A stretch of DNA of 64,000 nt from Syntrophales bacterium (GTDB lineage Bacteria > Desulfobacterota > Syntrophia > Syntrophales > UBA2185), in contig JBKQQP010000071.1 of assembly GCA_052144335.1 (NCBI GenBank), positions 20,310 through 84,309 on the forward strand. Reading direction: 5' to 3'. This document shows positions 21,156-32,714 of this stretch, piece by piece. Under the pieces are notes generated by a model. It saw nothing but the letters and a program-made list of their open reading frames with translations. It had not been told where the DNA came from and ran no database searches. Positions within the stretch are counted from its first letter, which is position 1; every line of letters starts with the position of its first letter. A program made the position numbers and the translations under genes.

Positions 21156-22496
21156 TTAAAAGGGTAAATTGCCCCTGCGAAGTGATTTCATGCCTTCCTT
21201 TGACGTCAGCTTTTTCATAATCTTTCTCATCTCACCATAATTTTTCAAAAGCCTGTTCACGTCTTGGACTGTAGTTCCACTTCCCATCGCTATCCTTTTT
21301 CTCCTCTGCCCGTCTATTATGAGATAATTCGAACGTTCCTTTCTTGTCATGGAGTCTATTATCGCCATGGTTTTTATCATTTCCTTCTCATCCGGTGTCG
21401 CATGTGCCAGGGCTTTGAGCTTTCCCAATCCAGGAATCATGCCCATAATATCGCCGATAGACCCCATGGACCTGATCTGTTTCAGTTGATCCCGGAAATC
21501 TTCAAGGGTGAATTCATTCTTCCTGATTTTTTTCTCGAGCTCTCGTGCCTGCTTTTCATCGACTGTAGCCTGCGCCTTTTCAACAAAGGTCAGGATATCC
21601 CCCATACCTAAGATACGTGAAGCCATACGCTCGGGATGACAAACTTCTAAAGCATCCATTTTTTCACCGACGCCGATGAACTTGATGGGCCTGCCGATGA
21701 CTGCCTGGAGCGAGAGAGCAGCGCCGCCCCTCGCATCGCCGTCCATCTTGGTCATAATCACACCATCAATGCCGAGAAGTTCATTAAATTTTCCCGCCAC
21801 ATTCACAGCATCCTGGCCTGTCATGGCATCAGCGACAAGGAGAATCTCCGCGGGATTGACTGCATCCTTTATCTTTTTGAGTTCATCCATCATTTCATTG
21901 TCTATATGAAGCCGGCCGGCTGTATCAATTATTATCACCTCATAGCCGTTGCTCCTTGCCTCATCGACGGCCTGCAGACACATCCTGACCGGGTCATGGA
22001 TATCAGTGGAAGCATAAATCCCCACACCTTCAATCTTCTCGCCTAGGACCCGCAATTGCTCTATGGCTGCCGGCCTGTATACGTCTGACGAAACTAGATA
22101 TACCCTCCTGCCCTGATTGACCAGATGCTTCGCAAGCTTGACTGCTGTCGTAGTCTTGCCGCATCCCTGTAGACCGACCATCATTACCGGAGCAGGAAAG
22201 CGGCCGGATAGTTTCAGCTGACTGCTCTTACCTCCCAACAGCTCCACGAGCCTGTCATGGACGATCTTCACGACCTGTTGGCCCGGTGTGATGCTGTCCA
22301 AAACCTCTTGCCCCACAGCCCTGGACCTGATGTCATCTATGAAATCTTTGACCACTTTAAAATTGACGTCCGCCTCAAGAAGGGCCATGCGTATCTCTCT
22401 CAATGCGGAGACAATATTATCTTCATCAAGGCGACCTCTTCGCTTGAGTTTCTTGAATACATCTTCTAATTTTTCCGTCAGCGTCTCAAACATCAC
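21156..22496 (-). CDS. ffh: signal recognition particle protein Ffh
   Basis: [35 protein letters not shown], and a Met-rich M domain. Confidence 0.97.
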   Translation of the reverse strand: MMFETLTEKLEDVFKKLKRRGRLDEDNIVSALREIRMALLEADVNFKVVKDFIDDIRSRAVGQEVLDSITPGQQVVKIVHDRLVELLGGKSSQLKLSGRFPAPVMMVGLQGCGKTTTAVKLAKHLVNQGRRVYLVSSDVYRPAAIEQLRVLGEKIEGVGIYASTDIHDPVRMCLQAVDEARSNGYEVIIIDTAGRLHIDNEMMDELKKIKDAVNPAEILLVADAMTGQDAVNVAGKFNELLGIDGVIMTKMDGDARGGAALSLQAVIGRPIKFIGVGEKMDALEVCHPERMASRILGMGDILTFVEKAQATVDEKQARELEKKIRKNEFTLEDFRDQLKQIRSMGSIGDIMGMIPGLGKLKALAHATPDEKEMIKTMAIIDSMTRKERSNYLIIDGQRRKRIAMGSGTTVQDVNRLLKNYGEMRKIMKKLTSKEGMKSLRRGNLPF

Positions 22497-22513
22497 TCAC
22501 CGGCAAATATTTG

Positions 22514-23146
22514 CTAATTTAGATTATTGTTCGCTCCCATTCTATGAACGACACAGTTGAGCCCCTTGATCTTTCCTGCCACGCGATCCGCCGCCTTTTG
22601 TGCGTCTTCCCGACTTTCAAACCCCTCGAGGGTAATGCGCATCCACTTTCCCTTCTTCGGCACCTGTATTTCTGCAACTCGCGGGGAAAACCCCAGTCCC
22701 GCAAGCTTCTTGCTCAACTGATCCGCTTTCTCCTTTTCCTTGAAAGAACCAACCTGTATCTGATACTTCTCCTGCTCGGCAGGCGCCTTTATTTCCGCTT
22801 GAGTGGCGGCGTGAATCGAAGGCTGCTTTTCGTCAGACGGTGCGGCCGCTGCTGGCGCCTTCTTTTCTTCCGGGACAATTTCCCCCCCCCCTGCCTTGGG
22901 GGTTTCTGTCACTGTTTCGCCCACGGACACTGCAGTCTCCGCCCTGTTCGACGACCAGCCAAGCTTTTCCATCATCATGTCTCGTAGACCGTGTGAATAC
23001 TTTTCCGGGTAGGTATCGATATTCTTGCCAACCGTCACGCCAAACAGAAAAACGACAAAAAGCAAGCAAGACATTCCTACGATAAATAGAATCAACGCCC
23101 GTTTACCCAGTTTCAGTTCAAATACACGAACATTCTTGGATGTCAT
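22514..23146 (-). CDS. membrane-anchored SPOR-domain protein
   Basis: N-terminal TM segment, low-complexity linker, C-terminal YQIQVGSFKEKEKADQLSKKLAGLGFSPRVAEI (SPOR). Confidence 0.7.
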   Translation of the reverse strand: MTSKNVRVFELKLGKRALILFIVGMSCLLFVVFLFGVTVGKNIDTYPEKYSHGLRDMMMEKLGWSSNRAETAVSVGETVTETPKAGGGEIVPEEKKAPAAAAPSDEKQPSIHAATQAEIKAPAEQEKYQIQVGSFKEKEKADQLSKKLAGLGFSPRVAEIQVPKKGKWMRITLEGFESREDAQKAADRVAGKIKGLNCVVHRMGANNNLN

Positions 23147-23164
23147 TTCTCTCTTCCACTGTCT

Positions 23165-24835
23165 TCACATTCTTTCCGGCGCTGAAACTCCCAGTATCTT
23201 TAAGGCATTGCCGAGGACTGCCAAAATTGATTTTGTCAGGAAAAGCCTCGCCCTACTCAGGTCTTCCTCATCAGAAAGGACCTTGTGCTTGTTGTAATAG
23301 CTGTGGAAGAGCGCCGCAAGATCATTGAGGTAAAACGTCAAACGGTGTGGTTCGAGGGACAGTGCGGCACCTTCAACCACCTCAGGAAACCGGGTAATTG
23401 CCTTAATCAGATTAATCTCCTCCGGAAGGGTCAGGAAGCTCAAATTCACTTCATCATACGCCGGAATCTTGTATCCCCTTTCGTGGGCATTTCTCACAAT
23501 GCTGCAAATTCTCGCATGGGCATACTGCACATAGTAGACGGGATTCTCGCTCGATTGCCTCTTTGCCAGTTCCAGATCGAAATCCAAGTGGCTGTCCGAG
23601 CGCCTCATCAGGAAATTATACCTCGCTGCGTCTTTCCCTACTTCCTCGACGACTTCCTTCAGGGTTACGAACTCACCGGCCCGGGTGGACATGGGGACGG
23701 GTTTCCCATCCCGCAGGAGATTAACGAGCTGCACAAGAACAATCTTCAGCGAATCCTTTTGGTGACCAAGCGCTTCAATACAGGCGGCCATCCGAGGGAT
23801 ATATCCATGATGGTCGGCTCCCCAAACATCAATAATCATCTCGAAGCCGCGTTGGTACTTATTCTGATGGTATGCTATATCGGCGGCAAAGTAGGTGGGC
23901 TCTCCGCTTTTTCTTATGACCACCCTGTCTTTTTCATCCCCAAAAGCGGTGGTCCTGAACCAGACAGTTTCCCCATCGTTGTAAATGAATTTGCTCTTCT
24001 CTAGCGCGGCAAGCAGCTTTGCTACCCCGTCATCCTTGTAAAGATCCTTCTCGCTGAAGTAATTATCGAAAACTACGCCGAAGGCCTTTAGATCGTCCTT
24101 TATGCCCTGTAATATTTCACTTGCAGCATATTCGGTAAACACGCTGATGGTATCTTCCTGATTTCTGTTGCGATAGCTGTTACCCTCTCTTGCAATAATT
24201 TCCTTGGCCAAATCTTTGATATAGTTCCCCTGATAGCAGCTTTCAGGAAACTCTATATCCTCGCCCAGAAGCTCCAGATAACGAAAGAGAACGGACTTTC
24301 CCAGGTTGTTCATCTGGTTGCCCGTGTCATTAATATAATACTCGCAAAAAACCGAATATCCCAACGCCCTAAGGATGTTTGCGATAACATCGCCAACAAC
24401 AGCGCCCCTCGCATGTCCTATGTGGAGAGGACCGGTGGGATTGGCGCTGACAAATTCCAAATGTATCTTCTTCCCTTTGCCATAGCCAGAGGCGCCATAC
24501 CGGTCACCAAGTTTATCGACATCGTGAAGCAGAGTAGGCCACACATCCTCCCTTATAAAGAAGTTCATAAAGCCGGGGCCTGCGACCTCGACCTTTGCCA
24601 GCAAATCGTCCCCTCTGCTGATATGCTTTGAGATGATCTCCGCAATCCGGCGGGGCGGCAGCTTGCCCTTTACACGGGATGCCAGGACCATGGCAATATT
24701 GGATGCATAGTCACCGTGACCGGCATCTTTGGGTATATCGATTTCAATATAAGGAATCGCCTCTGCCTCTATTAACTTTTTATCGATACAGGCCCGTATG
24801 GCGTTTCCCAGCAATATTTGTAATTTCCGCTTCAT
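23165..24835 (-). CDS. argS: arginine-tRNA ligase
   Basis: 556 aa with [15 protein letters not shown] (HIGH) and the class I core. Confidence 0.97.
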   Translation of the reverse strand: MKRKLQILLGNAIRACIDKKLIEAEAIPYIEIDIPKDAGHGDYASNIAMVLASRVKGKLPPRRIAEIISKHISRGDDLLAKVEVAGPGFMNFFIREDVWPTLLHDVDKLGDRYGASGYGKGKKIHLEFVSANPTGPLHIGHARGAVVGDVIANILRALGYSVFCEYYINDTGNQMNNLGKSVLFRYLELLGEDIEFPESCYQGNYIKDLAKEIIAREGNSYRNRNQEDTISVFTEYAASEILQGIKDDLKAFGVVFDNYFSEKDLYKDDGVAKLLAALEKSKFIYNDGETVWFRTTAFGDEKDRVVIRKSGEPTYFAADIAYHQNKYQRGFEMIIDVWGADHHGYIPRMAACIEALGHQKDSLKIVLVQLVNLLRDGKPVPMSTRAGEFVTLKEVVEEVGKDAARYNFLMRRSDSHLDFDLELAKRQSSENPVYYVQYAHARICSIVRNAHERGYKIPAYDEVNLSFLTLPEEINLIKAITRFPEVVEGAALSLEPHRLTFYLNDLAALFHSYYNKHKVLSDEEDLSRARLFLTKSILAVLGNALKILGVSAPERM

Positions 24836-24933
24836 TCCATCTCACATCTTCCGATTTTGCGGGATACCTGCTCTCCAAAATTCTCCCCCACCCAAGGGGT
24901 CCGATTACACAAGAAACCTTTATTACCCATACT

Positions 24934-24957
24934 AAAAAAGTTGGCCATGTGGCCAAC
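24934..24957 (-). terminator. rho-independent terminator downstream of the prepilin peptidase gene
   Basis: On the minus strand, GTTGGCC-ACAT-GGCCAAC (24940-24957) is followed by TTTTTT (plus-strand A-run 24934-24939). Confidence 0.6.
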
Positions 24958-25113
24958 CTCATTATCTCAATAGCAGGATTCAAAAGCCAAACGCAACAGG
25001 TTGCGAATTAGCCCTGGCAGTCATACCATTCGCTTCCCTGTTTTGTATTGTCATAACTGCTTAGTAGGGTATATTCATACTACTTCGAAGTCAAGAAATT
25101 TTGATAAAACCCA

Positions 25114-25893
25114 TCAGTAGTAAAAAAACAGAAACTTCATCACGTCCGCGCCCACAAAGAGATAGGCCACAGCAGCGACGGACAGGAAAGGACCGAAAGG
25201 CACGGCGTATTTCATGTCCTGCCCCTTTATAACCATGGCCGCTACACCGACAACTGCGCCAAGCAGGGAGCTCGCAAACAGGACAAAAAAAAGTGACTTC
25301 CAGCCTAAGAAAGCGCCAAGCATGGCAAGCAGTTTGATATCTCCTCCCCCCATGCCCTCTCGTTTCGTGATTATTTCATATACAAAAGCAACGGCAAAAA
25401 GACACCCTCCACCGATCAGAATTCCCAGGAGCGATTCCCACACGGTTAGGTTCATAAAAATAACGGCAAGGCAAAAGAAGACAGGTATCCCCGGCAGACT
25501 GATGACATCGGGGATTATCTGGTGCCGGAGGTCAATAAATGCGATGACAATCAATGCACAGGCGAATATGAAAGAAGAAAGGAATTTCAAACTCAGACCG
25601 AATTTCAAAAAAAGGAGCAGTGACACGAGCGCTGTTATGGCTTCCACAATGGGGTATTGCATAGAGATCTTCTCATGGCAGTCCCTGCACTTCCCCCACA
25701 AAAGAAGGTAACTGATGATGGGTATATTGTCATACGCCCTTACGGCATGACCGCACTTCGGGCAATGGGAAGATGGAAGAACTATCGATTGTCCCTCAGG
25801 GATTCTGAAGACCAAGACATTGAGAAAGCTCCCCACGACGGCGCCCACGCACGCAAGAAGGATATACAGAAATGCGCCCATATCAACTGTCAA
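25114..25893 (-). CDS. pilD: prepilin peptidase (A24 family)
   Basis: CPKCGHAVRAYDNIPIISYLLLWGKCRDCHEKIS zinc motif and GGGDIKLLAMLGAFLG catalytic Asp region. Multi-TM. Confidence 0.9.
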   Translation of the reverse strand: MTVDMGAFLYILLACVGAVVGSFLNVLVFRIPEGQSIVLPSSHCPKCGHAVRAYDNIPIISYLLLWGKCRDCHEKISMQYPIVEAITALVSLLLFLKFGLSLKFLSSFIFACALIVIAFIDLRHQIIPDVISLPGIPVFFCLAVIFMNLTVWESLLGILIGGGCLFAVAFVYEIITKREGMGGGDIKLLAMLGAFLGWKSLFFVLFASSLLGAVVGVAAMVIKGQDMKYAVPFGPFLSVAAVAYLFVGADVMKFLFFYY

Positions 25894-26001
25894 TGCCTTT
25901 CACCCATTTTTCGAAGGGATGTGCCCGTCCCTTCGGTCGTTTCGCTCTCAGCAATAAATATCATCTAATGATTTTCTTAAACGGTTCGCCGATTATCGGC
26001 A

Positions 26002-26472
26002 TCAGCCATCTTTACGGTCCCACTCATAAGGAATATCATTATCATGGGGATGCACTCTGAATTCATCGGGCTCCCTGTAATCGTATGCATCTGTGGGCGT
26101 ATTGACCACTATGGCCTCTTCCCGGGAAATGCATTTGAATCCATGATAAACGAAAGGCGGGATATGAATCAGAACAGGGTCGTGTTCACCCACAAAGAAC
26201 TCGTTTATCTCACCGTATGTCGAAGAATCCATTCTGCCATCATAAAGGACGATTTTCATCATGCCTTTCACAACGGCCATATTATCATACTGCTTTTTGT
26301 GATAATGCCATCCTTTTACAACACCCGGGTAGGCAGTCGTCATATACACCTGGCCAAACTTTTTGTACATCTCATCATCTATCCGCAGGATCTCCATCAA
26401 TCTGCCCCGCTCATCCGGTATGACCTTCAGCTTTTTTACCATGACACCTTCGATCATATTCGATGCCCTCAC
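26002..26472 (-). CDS. dTDP-4-dehydrorhamnose 3,5-epimerase-family cupin (short type)
   Basis: VIPDERGRLMEILR...GQVYMTTAYPGVVKGWHYHKKQYDNMAVVKG...HIPPFVYHGFK. GTG start overlaps the upstream stop. Confidence 0.7.
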   Translation of the reverse strand: MRASNMIEGVMVKKLKVIPDERGRLMEILRIDDEMYKKFGQVYMTTAYPGVVKGWHYHKKQYDNMAVVKGMMKIVLYDGRMDSSTYGEINEFFVGEHDPVLIHIPPFVYHGFKCISREEAIVVNTPTDAYDYREPDEFRVHPHDNDIPYEWDRKDG

Positions 26473-27197
26473 ATTTTGTTTGCCCCTGTCTTCGCTACCA
26501 TATTCCCGGCATATTGCAGGGACTCAAATGTCCCCGCATCGCTCCACCAGCCATCAATAATATCCCACTCCATTTTTCCTTCGTTAATGTAGAAATTATT
26601 AACGTCCGTAATCTCCAGCTCCCCTCTCTCTGACGGCTTCAAATTCTTGATGAAATCAAAAACTTTCCTGTCATACATATAAATGCCGATGACGGCGTAC
26701 TGAGATTTTGGCACGGCAGGTTTTTCTTCAACACGTATAATGCGGTCTCCATCGAAAACGGGGACGCCGAACCTCTTGGGGTCAGGCACCTCTTTCAACA
26801 TAATGCGCGCCCCGTCTTTCTGCTTTCTAAAAGATTCAACTGCCTTTCTGATATTTTTCTCGATGATATTATCCCCCAAGACGACAGCGATCTTCCCTTC
26901 GTCGGCGAAGAACTCGGCAAGGCTTAGGGCTGCCGCAATTCCCCCCTCTCCCTCCTGATATGTATAATTGAGATGTCTGAGGCCGAAGTCCGCCCCGTTT
27001 CCCAGGAGTTTAAGGAATTCGCCGGCATTGTTCCCTCCTGTAACAATCATGATGTCATCAATACCGGCATTGACCAGTATTTTTACAGGATAATAAATCA
27101 TGGGTTCATTGTAAACAGGGAGGAGATGTTTATTAGTAACTTTTGTGAGAGGATACATGCGACTGCCCAAACCTCCCGCTAAGACAACACCTTTCAT
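26469..27197 (-). CDS. sugar-phosphate nucleotidyltransferase (glucose-1-phosphate thymidylyltransferase-like)
   Basis: MKGVVLAGGLGSRMYPLTKVTNKHLLPVYNEPMIYYP. Start set at the internal MKG. Confidence 0.85.
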   Translation of the reverse strand: MKGVVLAGGLGSRMYPLTKVTNKHLLPVYNEPMIYYPVKILVNAGIDDIMIVTGGNNAGEFLKLLGNGADFGLRHLNYTYQEGEGGIAAALSLAEFFADEGKIAVVLGDNIIEKNIRKAVESFRKQKDGARIMLKEVPDPKRFGVPVFDGDRIIRVEEKPAVPKSQYAVIGIYMYDRKVFDFIKNLKPSERGELEITDVNNFYINEGKMEWDIIDGWWSDAGTFESLQYAGNMVAKTGANKM

Positions 27198-27402
27198 GCT
27201 TTCTTCTCCTTTTTTTGTCTCCGGTCCTCCGTGCAACCCGAAAATAGCGAATTGACCCGAAGTCAATCTTAAGACCGATAATCGCGCACCCTATATCATA
27301 TTAAAGCCCCCTCAACAACAGAAACATTCTTTTACTATTCACCCTTTACATCCGTGGCAGGCGTGATATAAGATGCAGGAAACTCAGGGAGGAAGACGTA
27401 TC

Positions 27403-28503
27403 GTGACTGATGAATTCTATATGAAACGGGCCCTCAGTCTTGCCCGCAGAGGAGAGGCATGGGTCAGTCCCAACCCCATGGTGGGCGCTGTTATTGTAAA
27501 GAAGGGCCGCATCATCGGAGAGGGATATCATCAGAAGTTCGGCGGTAACCATGCCGAGATCAATGCGATTAATGACATAAGCGAACCGATCAAGGGCGCG
27601 ACCATCTATATTAACCTCGAACCCTGTACTCATCAAGGGAAAACACCTCCCTGCATAGAACGCATTGTTGCCGCTAAACCAGCAAGGGTGGTCATCGGCA
27701 CCCCTGATGCCAATCCTGTAGTCACTGGCAAAGGCATCGAAACTCTCAAGCGTCACGGCATAAAGACAACTGTCGGCATCTTGGAAGAACCCTGCAAGGA
27801 GCTAAATGAAAGGTTTTTCAAATTCATGCGGACGGGAATCCCTTTCGTAACCCTCAAATTCGCCCAGAGCATCGATGGAAGAATTGCCACGGCCTTGGGA
27901 CATTCCCGGTGGATCAGCTCCGGGCAGTCGCTTACGTTTGCTCACACATTGAGAAGTCACCATGATGCTGTCCTCGTTGGTTTGGGCACCTTGTCGAAGG
28001 ATGATCCGGAATTGACTGTCCGCCTCGTCAGAGGCAGAAACCCTGTCAGGATCGTCGTCGACTCCCATTTGCGTATGTCTCCTGCCGCACGAATTCTAAA
28101 AGATCAGGATAAGGCCAAGACTATTGTGGTAACCACCAATAATGCCGCCCGCGAAAAACGCGCGCGGCTCGCGGATCTCGGGATTGAGGTGCTCGCAGTC
28201 GAAACCGACAAGGATCGCCGTGTTGATCTGATGAGACTTCTCATGGAACTGGGAAAGAGGAATATCTCATCTGTCCTCGTTGAAGGGGGAGCGGCTATCA
28301 TCACATCTATATTGGCGGAACAGCTGCCCGATAGAGTGGTCATAATTATTGCTCCTAAGATCGTAGGGAGAGGGCTTGAGGCAATAGGCGATCTCGGAAT
28401 AAAGAGCATAAATGAATCGCTCACTCTCGCCTACAGAAGAGTCCGCAGACTTGGCGACGACCTGATCATCGATGGCAGAATAGAAAAAAAGAGTCCCCAA
28501 TAA
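27403..28503 (+). CDS. ribD: bifunctional riboflavin biosynthesis protein RibD (deaminase/reductase)
   Basis: YMKRALSLARRGEAWVSPNPMVGAVIV...HAEINAI...LEPCTHQGKTPPC. GTG 27403 with GGAGGA upstream is preferred over the track ATG 27373. Confidence 0.92.
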   Translation: MTDEFYMKRALSLARRGEAWVSPNPMVGAVIVKKGRIIGEGYHQKFGGNHAEINAINDISEPIKGATIYINLEPCTHQGKTPPCIERIVAAKPARVVIGTPDANPVVTGKGIETLKRHGIKTTVGILEEPCKELNERFFKFMRTGIPFVTLKFAQSIDGRIATALGHSRWISSGQSLTFAHTLRSHHDAVLVGLGTLSKDDPELTVRLVRGRNPVRIVVDSHLRMSPAARILKDQDKAKTIVVTTNNAAREKRARLADLGIEVLAVETDKDRRVDLMRLLMELGKRNISSVLVEGGAAIITSILAEQLPDRVVIIIAPKIVGRGLEAIGDLGIKSINESLTLAYRRVRRLGDDLIIDGRIEKKSPQ

Positions 28504-28571
28504 AAAACGGAAGGACTTAAGCGGCAAGTCAGAATTTGTATTCTCTGTAAGAAACATTGAAGGAGGAAATC

Positions 28572-30371
28572 GTGGCTGATAAATTCGTCGGTGAAAGAAA
28601 TATCAGATTCTTGCTCTACGAGGTCTTCGATGCAACGTCTCTCCTCAAATATCCCCGCTATGCCGATCATAGCCGGGAGGCCTTCGACATGATCCTGGAA
28701 ACAGCCCTGAAACTGGGGAGGGATCTCTTCAAACCCACCTTAAGGGAAATGGACAAGAACCAGCCGGAATTCGTCGATGGCCGCGTGAGGGTTCATTCAC
28801 AGGTGAAAGAGATCATGCAGATTTGCGGCGCAGGCGGTTGGATATCCGCTACGGCCCCTCAAGAATTGGGCGGGCAGCAGCTTCCGGTAATCTTGGGATT
28901 CGTCCCCATGTTCATCTTCTCCGCCGCGAATTATGCAGGTAGCGTTTATCCCTACCTCACCGACGGCGCCGCCCATCTCATATATTCCTTTGGTACCCAA
29001 CAACTGATCAATACCTATATCCCGAGGATGTATGCCGGCGACTGGCAGGGGACCATGGCCCTCACGGAGCCGCAGGCGGGGAGTTCCTTATCCGATATAG
29101 CGACCATTGCTGAACCCAGCGACCACGGGTACTACCGGATACGGGGACAGAAAATATTTATCTCCACAGGGGATCATGACGGCGTGCAAAACGTCGTGCA
29201 TCTCCTTCTGGCACGGATTGCCGGCGCGCCTCCCGGCGTGAAAGGCATTTCTCTATTTGTCGTCCCCCGGATGCGACCGGATGAAGACGGCGGGCTCGTC
29301 TTCAACGACGTTCACGTGGCGGGCATCTACCATAAAATGGGCTACCGCGGGGCACCCATCACCCAACTGAGCTTCGGCGAGAACGATGACTGCCGGGGCT
29401 ATATTGTCGGACAGCCGAACCGGGGACTGTCCCACATGTTCCAGTTGATGAATGAGGCGCGTATCGCCGTAGGGATCGCGGCCGCGGGCATCGCTTCTGC
29501 CGCCTATTATGCGGCGCTGGAATATACGCGGGAGCGGCCTCAGGGACGGCCGCCTACAGCCAAGAATCCCCTGTCACCCCAAGTTCCTATCATCGAGCAC
29601 GCGGACGTGAAGCGGATGCTTCTCTTCCAGCGCGCCGTCGTTGAAGGTTCCCTTTCCCTCCTCATGCAATGCGGCAAGTATGTCGATCTGGAGAATGTCC
29701 TGGAAGGAAAGGAAAAAAATAAATACAACCTCCTCCTCGAGATTCTCACGCCTGTGGCCAAGAGCTATCCTGCAGAGATGGGAATCCTTTCCGTAAGCCA
29801 GGCCTTGCAATGTCTCGGCGGCTACGGATACTGCGATGAGTTCCCCATAGAACAATTCTATCGCGATGCGCGCATCCATCCCATCCACGAGGGAACTACT
29901 GGTATTCAAGCCCTCGACCTGCTGGGCCGCAAAGTGCCCATGAAGAACGGAGAGGCAGCTATGCTGCTTATCCGGGAGATTGAAGAGACCATAGCCATCG
30001 CCAGGGGAGATCTGCAACTGCAGCCTTACGCGCGCGAGCTCGAAGAAGCCGCTGACAAACTAAAGAACGTAACGACGCATCTGGTCAGCCTTGCCATGCA
30101 GGGAAAGGTGGACCTCTTCTTGGCAGATGCTACGCTTTATTTGGAATTCTTCGGCATCATAGCTATAGGCTGGCAGTGGCTCCTCCAGGCCATTGCCGCC
30201 CGCAAAGCCCTGATGACGAATCCCAGCGGGACGGAGATGAATTTCTATCAGGGGAAGCTTTATACCTTCCAGTATTTTTTCGGGTATGAACTCCCTAAAA
30301 TAGATGGTCTGGCAAAGAGTCTGCTGGCAAGCACCGGAATAACGCTGAATATGAAGAAAGACTTTTTCTGA
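28572..30371 (+). CDS. acyl-CoA dehydrogenase, long form with C-terminal extension
   Basis: GTMALTEPQAGSSLSDI and QCLGGYGYCDEFPIEQFYRDARIHPIHEGTTGIQ (ACAD signatures). GTG 28572 follows AGGAGG. Confidence 0.85.
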   Translation: MADKFVGERNIRFLLYEVFDATSLLKYPRYADHSREAFDMILETALKLGRDLFKPTLREMDKNQPEFVDGRVRVHSQVKEIMQICGAGGWISATAPQELGGQQLPVILGFVPMFIFSAANYAGSVYPYLTDGAAHLIYSFGTQQLINTYIPRMYAGDWQGTMALTEPQAGSSLSDIATIAEPSDHGYYRIRGQKIFISTGDHDGVQNVVHLLLARIAGAPPGVKGISLFVVPRMRPDEDGGLVFNDVHVAGIYHKMGYRGAPITQLSFGENDDCRGYIVGQPNRGLSHMFQLMNEARIAVGIAAAGIASAAYYAALEYTRERPQGRPPTAKNPLSPQVPIIEHADVKRMLLFQRAVVEGSLSLLMQCGKYVDLENVLEGKEKNKYNLLLEILTPVAKSYPAEMGILSVSQALQCLGGYGYCDEFPIEQFYRDARIHPIHEGTTGIQALDLLGRKVPMKNGEAAMLLIREIEETIAIARGDLQLQPYARELEEAADKLKNVTTHLVSLAMQGKVDLFLADATLYLEFFGIIAIGWQWLLQAIAARKALMTNPSGTEMNFYQGKLYTFQYFFGYELPKIDGLAKSLLASTGITLNMKKDFF

Positions 30372-30815
30372 GAGAATGACGTGAGAGTTTATGTCCACCG
30401 GGATTGGCATGACCTGCTCGTAGTTTGATTGCCTGGAAAAAAATTCTTTTTTCACGCGTTTGTCATGAAATAGATCGCGCATCTAAGGATTAAATATATT
30501 CCTGGCTAAGACAGATACTCGAACAGGATAAGCTGCATATTTTATCGTTATCTTGCCGTTTTCGTTCATCCCTAGGATGACCACAAAATAAGATTTTCCC
30601 CCCAACAGAAATCTACCTCGCCCTTATGGACTGACCCCATAATAACGTTTAGCGTACAGAATAAAGACCTTTTCTCGTAAATCAATGAACTGCGTGGATG
30701 GTCGCAGAACTGAATGTGATCGGTTGCTGATATTACTTCCGTCGGTAGGCAGGAAGCTAAAAGGATAGGAAGTGACGAAACAGAAGAAAATGTTTCCCAT
30801 GCTAAGGATCATCCC

Positions 30816-32714
30816 ATGAAAAAGGAAAAGGAATCGGGAAAGCCAGACCTCCACTCCACCAGCGAAATAACTGGTCCGTCAACGCCTTCCATTTATCGTG
30901 CAGCTAGTGGTGCAATAATAGACTTCCATTCCGCAGAGTTCAACCGCACCGATGATCTGAATGACTGTTCAGGAAGCTACCGATTCTTCGAACGGCTCGA
31001 CGGAGTCATTACCGCGGACATGCGCCATCAGATGGATCGCTTGCGCGAGGAAGGCTGCATTGATTCTTCTGTAGACCAGACGGCGACTTCGAACGAAACA
31101 AAAAAGGAGATAGAAAGCGATGAGCCTGAGCCTGTCGAAGCCTTGCCGCCTTTGACAGTGGTATCCCAAGGACGAACGTTGATCATCGATACGGATGCCG
31201 AGCGCGCCGTCGCCTGCGGCAAAATACTCAGTGATCAACTCTTGACGTGCACCTTGGTGGTGACGAAAAAGGCGTCCACAGATGCACTTTTCCCCAGGCT
31301 CAGTCGGCCCGTACTTCTTTACGCAGATGGCGTTTCGATTACCGGAGCATTCGGCTGTTTTTCTGCAACTGTGACCGCTAAAGGTAATCAAACGCAGCTG
31401 GCGGAACGATTTGACCTCGTTCTTGATCTCCAGCCCACGCCATCTTTTTCAGGAGATCGTCTGCCGATGGGATATTACGCACCCGAGCAGAATTCGGTGG
31501 ATCTCAATGATGTACTGACGGAGCTTCCGGAGATGCGAGGCCGATTTGAAAAGCCGCAATTTGCGATTTTCCACAAAAGCCGCTGCTTTCATGGACTGTC
31601 GCGCACGCGTAACTGCCGCCAGTGCGCGGAGGTTTGTCCCTTTGGCGCGATCCAGACGGATGGTCGGGAAATTTCCGTCAATCATTACCTCTGTCATGGA
31701 TGCGGCTGCTGCGCCGTTGTCTGCCCTGCGGACGCGATCCGTATGGCGCATCCGTCGCATGAGGAATTGCTCGATAGCCTAAAACGCGCCTTGGAAAACG
31801 GCAAGGCGGACGACGCCTCCGTCGGGACCTTGGTTATCTCCGACTCGCAAAACGCGAAGGGCCACGTGAAGAATGACAGCGTGGTCAATTTCGAGGTGGA
31901 AGAAATCGGCTACATCGGACTGGAGATGATTCTCGCCGCCCTTGCTCATGGCGCCCATCGGGTTGTTGTGGCCTGCGGACGGCATAACCCGCCCAAGATC
32001 AGAGAGGCCGTCGCATGGCAGGCGCAAATGGCGAGCGCTATACTGAAAGGGCTTGACATGCTTGAAGAGAAGGTCAGGTTTGTCGTCATACCTCCTGAGG
32101 ACGATGATTATATAGACGAGGTTTCAAGGGCGGACGGTCCCGATATGCAATTTAGCAATTCTCCGATGCCACCCTTGGCAGCTTCCTCCGTGCACGACAG
32201 GCGGGCGCTTGTCCGCCTGACCGTGCAACATCTTTATGACAAATCGGGGGCCAAGCGACCATGGCTCGTCCTGCCGTCAGGATCTCCTTTCGGCGCCGTG
32301 ACCGTAGATAGCAACACCTGTACATTGTGCATGGCGTGCGCAGCTGCCTGTCCTTCAGGGGCGCTAACCGCAGGCGGTGATGTGCCGCGGCTTCAGTTTC
32401 TCGAATCACGCTGCCATCAATGTGGATTGTGTGAGGAGACATGCCCTGAGCACGCGATTCAACTGCAAACAAGGATGCTGTGTGACCCTGAAGCCCTTGA
32501 GGCCAGGCTGGTAATGCATGAGGCCGATGTGTTCCGCTGTATTAAATGCGATTCCCCTTTCGCACCAAAGGTCATGGTAAACCGCATGCAAGAAAGACTC
32601 AATGGCCACTGGATGTACGCAACCAAACGGCAATTGCGTCGGCTGCAGATGTGCCGCGTCTGCCGCACCCGCGATGCCCTTATGTCCGAGGATATGAAAT
32701 CATGGAATCGGTAA
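30816..32714 (+). CDS. cytoplasmic poly-ferredoxin-like protein (four 4Fe-4S motifs plus C-terminal Cys cluster), FDH-associated
   Basis: CRQCAEVCP, CHGCGCCAVVCP, CTLCMACAAACP, CHQCGLCEETCP, then CIKCDSPF...CRVCRTR. N-terminal start uncertain. Confidence 0.75.
   Translation: MKKEKESGKPDLHSTSEITGPSTPSIYRAASGAIIDFHSAEFNRTDDLNDCSGSYRFFERLDGVITADMRHQMDRLREEGCIDSSVDQTATSNETKKEIESDEPEPVEALPPLTVVSQGRTLIIDTDAERAVACGKILSDQLLTCTLVVTKKASTDALFPRLSRPVLLYADGVSITGAFGCFSATVTAKGNQTQLAERFDLVLDLQPTPSFSGDRLPMGYYAPEQNSVDLNDVLTELPEMRGRFEKPQFAIFHKSRCFHGLSRTRNCRQCAEVCPFGAIQTDGREISVNHYLCHGCGCCAVVCPADAIRMAHPSHEELLDSLKRALENGKADDASVGTLVISDSQNAKGHVKNDSVVNFEVEEIGYIGLEMILAALAHGAHRVVVACGRHNPPKIREAVAWQAQMASAILKGLDMLEEKVRFVVIPPEDDDYIDEVSRADGPDMQFSNSPMPPLAASSVHDRRALVRLTVQHLYDKSGAKRPWLVLPSGSPFGAVTVDSNTCTLCMACAAACPSGALTAGGDVPRLQFLESRCHQCGLCEETCPEHAIQLQTRMLCDPEALEARLVMHEADVFRCIKCDSPFAPKVMVNRMQERLNGHWMYATKRQLRRLQMCRVCRTRDALMSEDMKSWNR

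Noticed and set aside
27267-27402. FMN riboswitch upstream of ribD
   Set aside because: The spacer is only about 130 nt and I could not find the conserved FMN-element core sequences. An Rfam scan would settle it.
30372-30815. Sigma-54 promoter or regulatory RNA in the 444-bp region upstream of the FDH locus
   Set aside because: The only TGGCA-containing site (TGGCATGACCTGCT) has the wrong GG-to-GC spacing (8 instead of 10 nt). I saw no conserved-looking structure. ORF 30624-30854(-) looks spurious.
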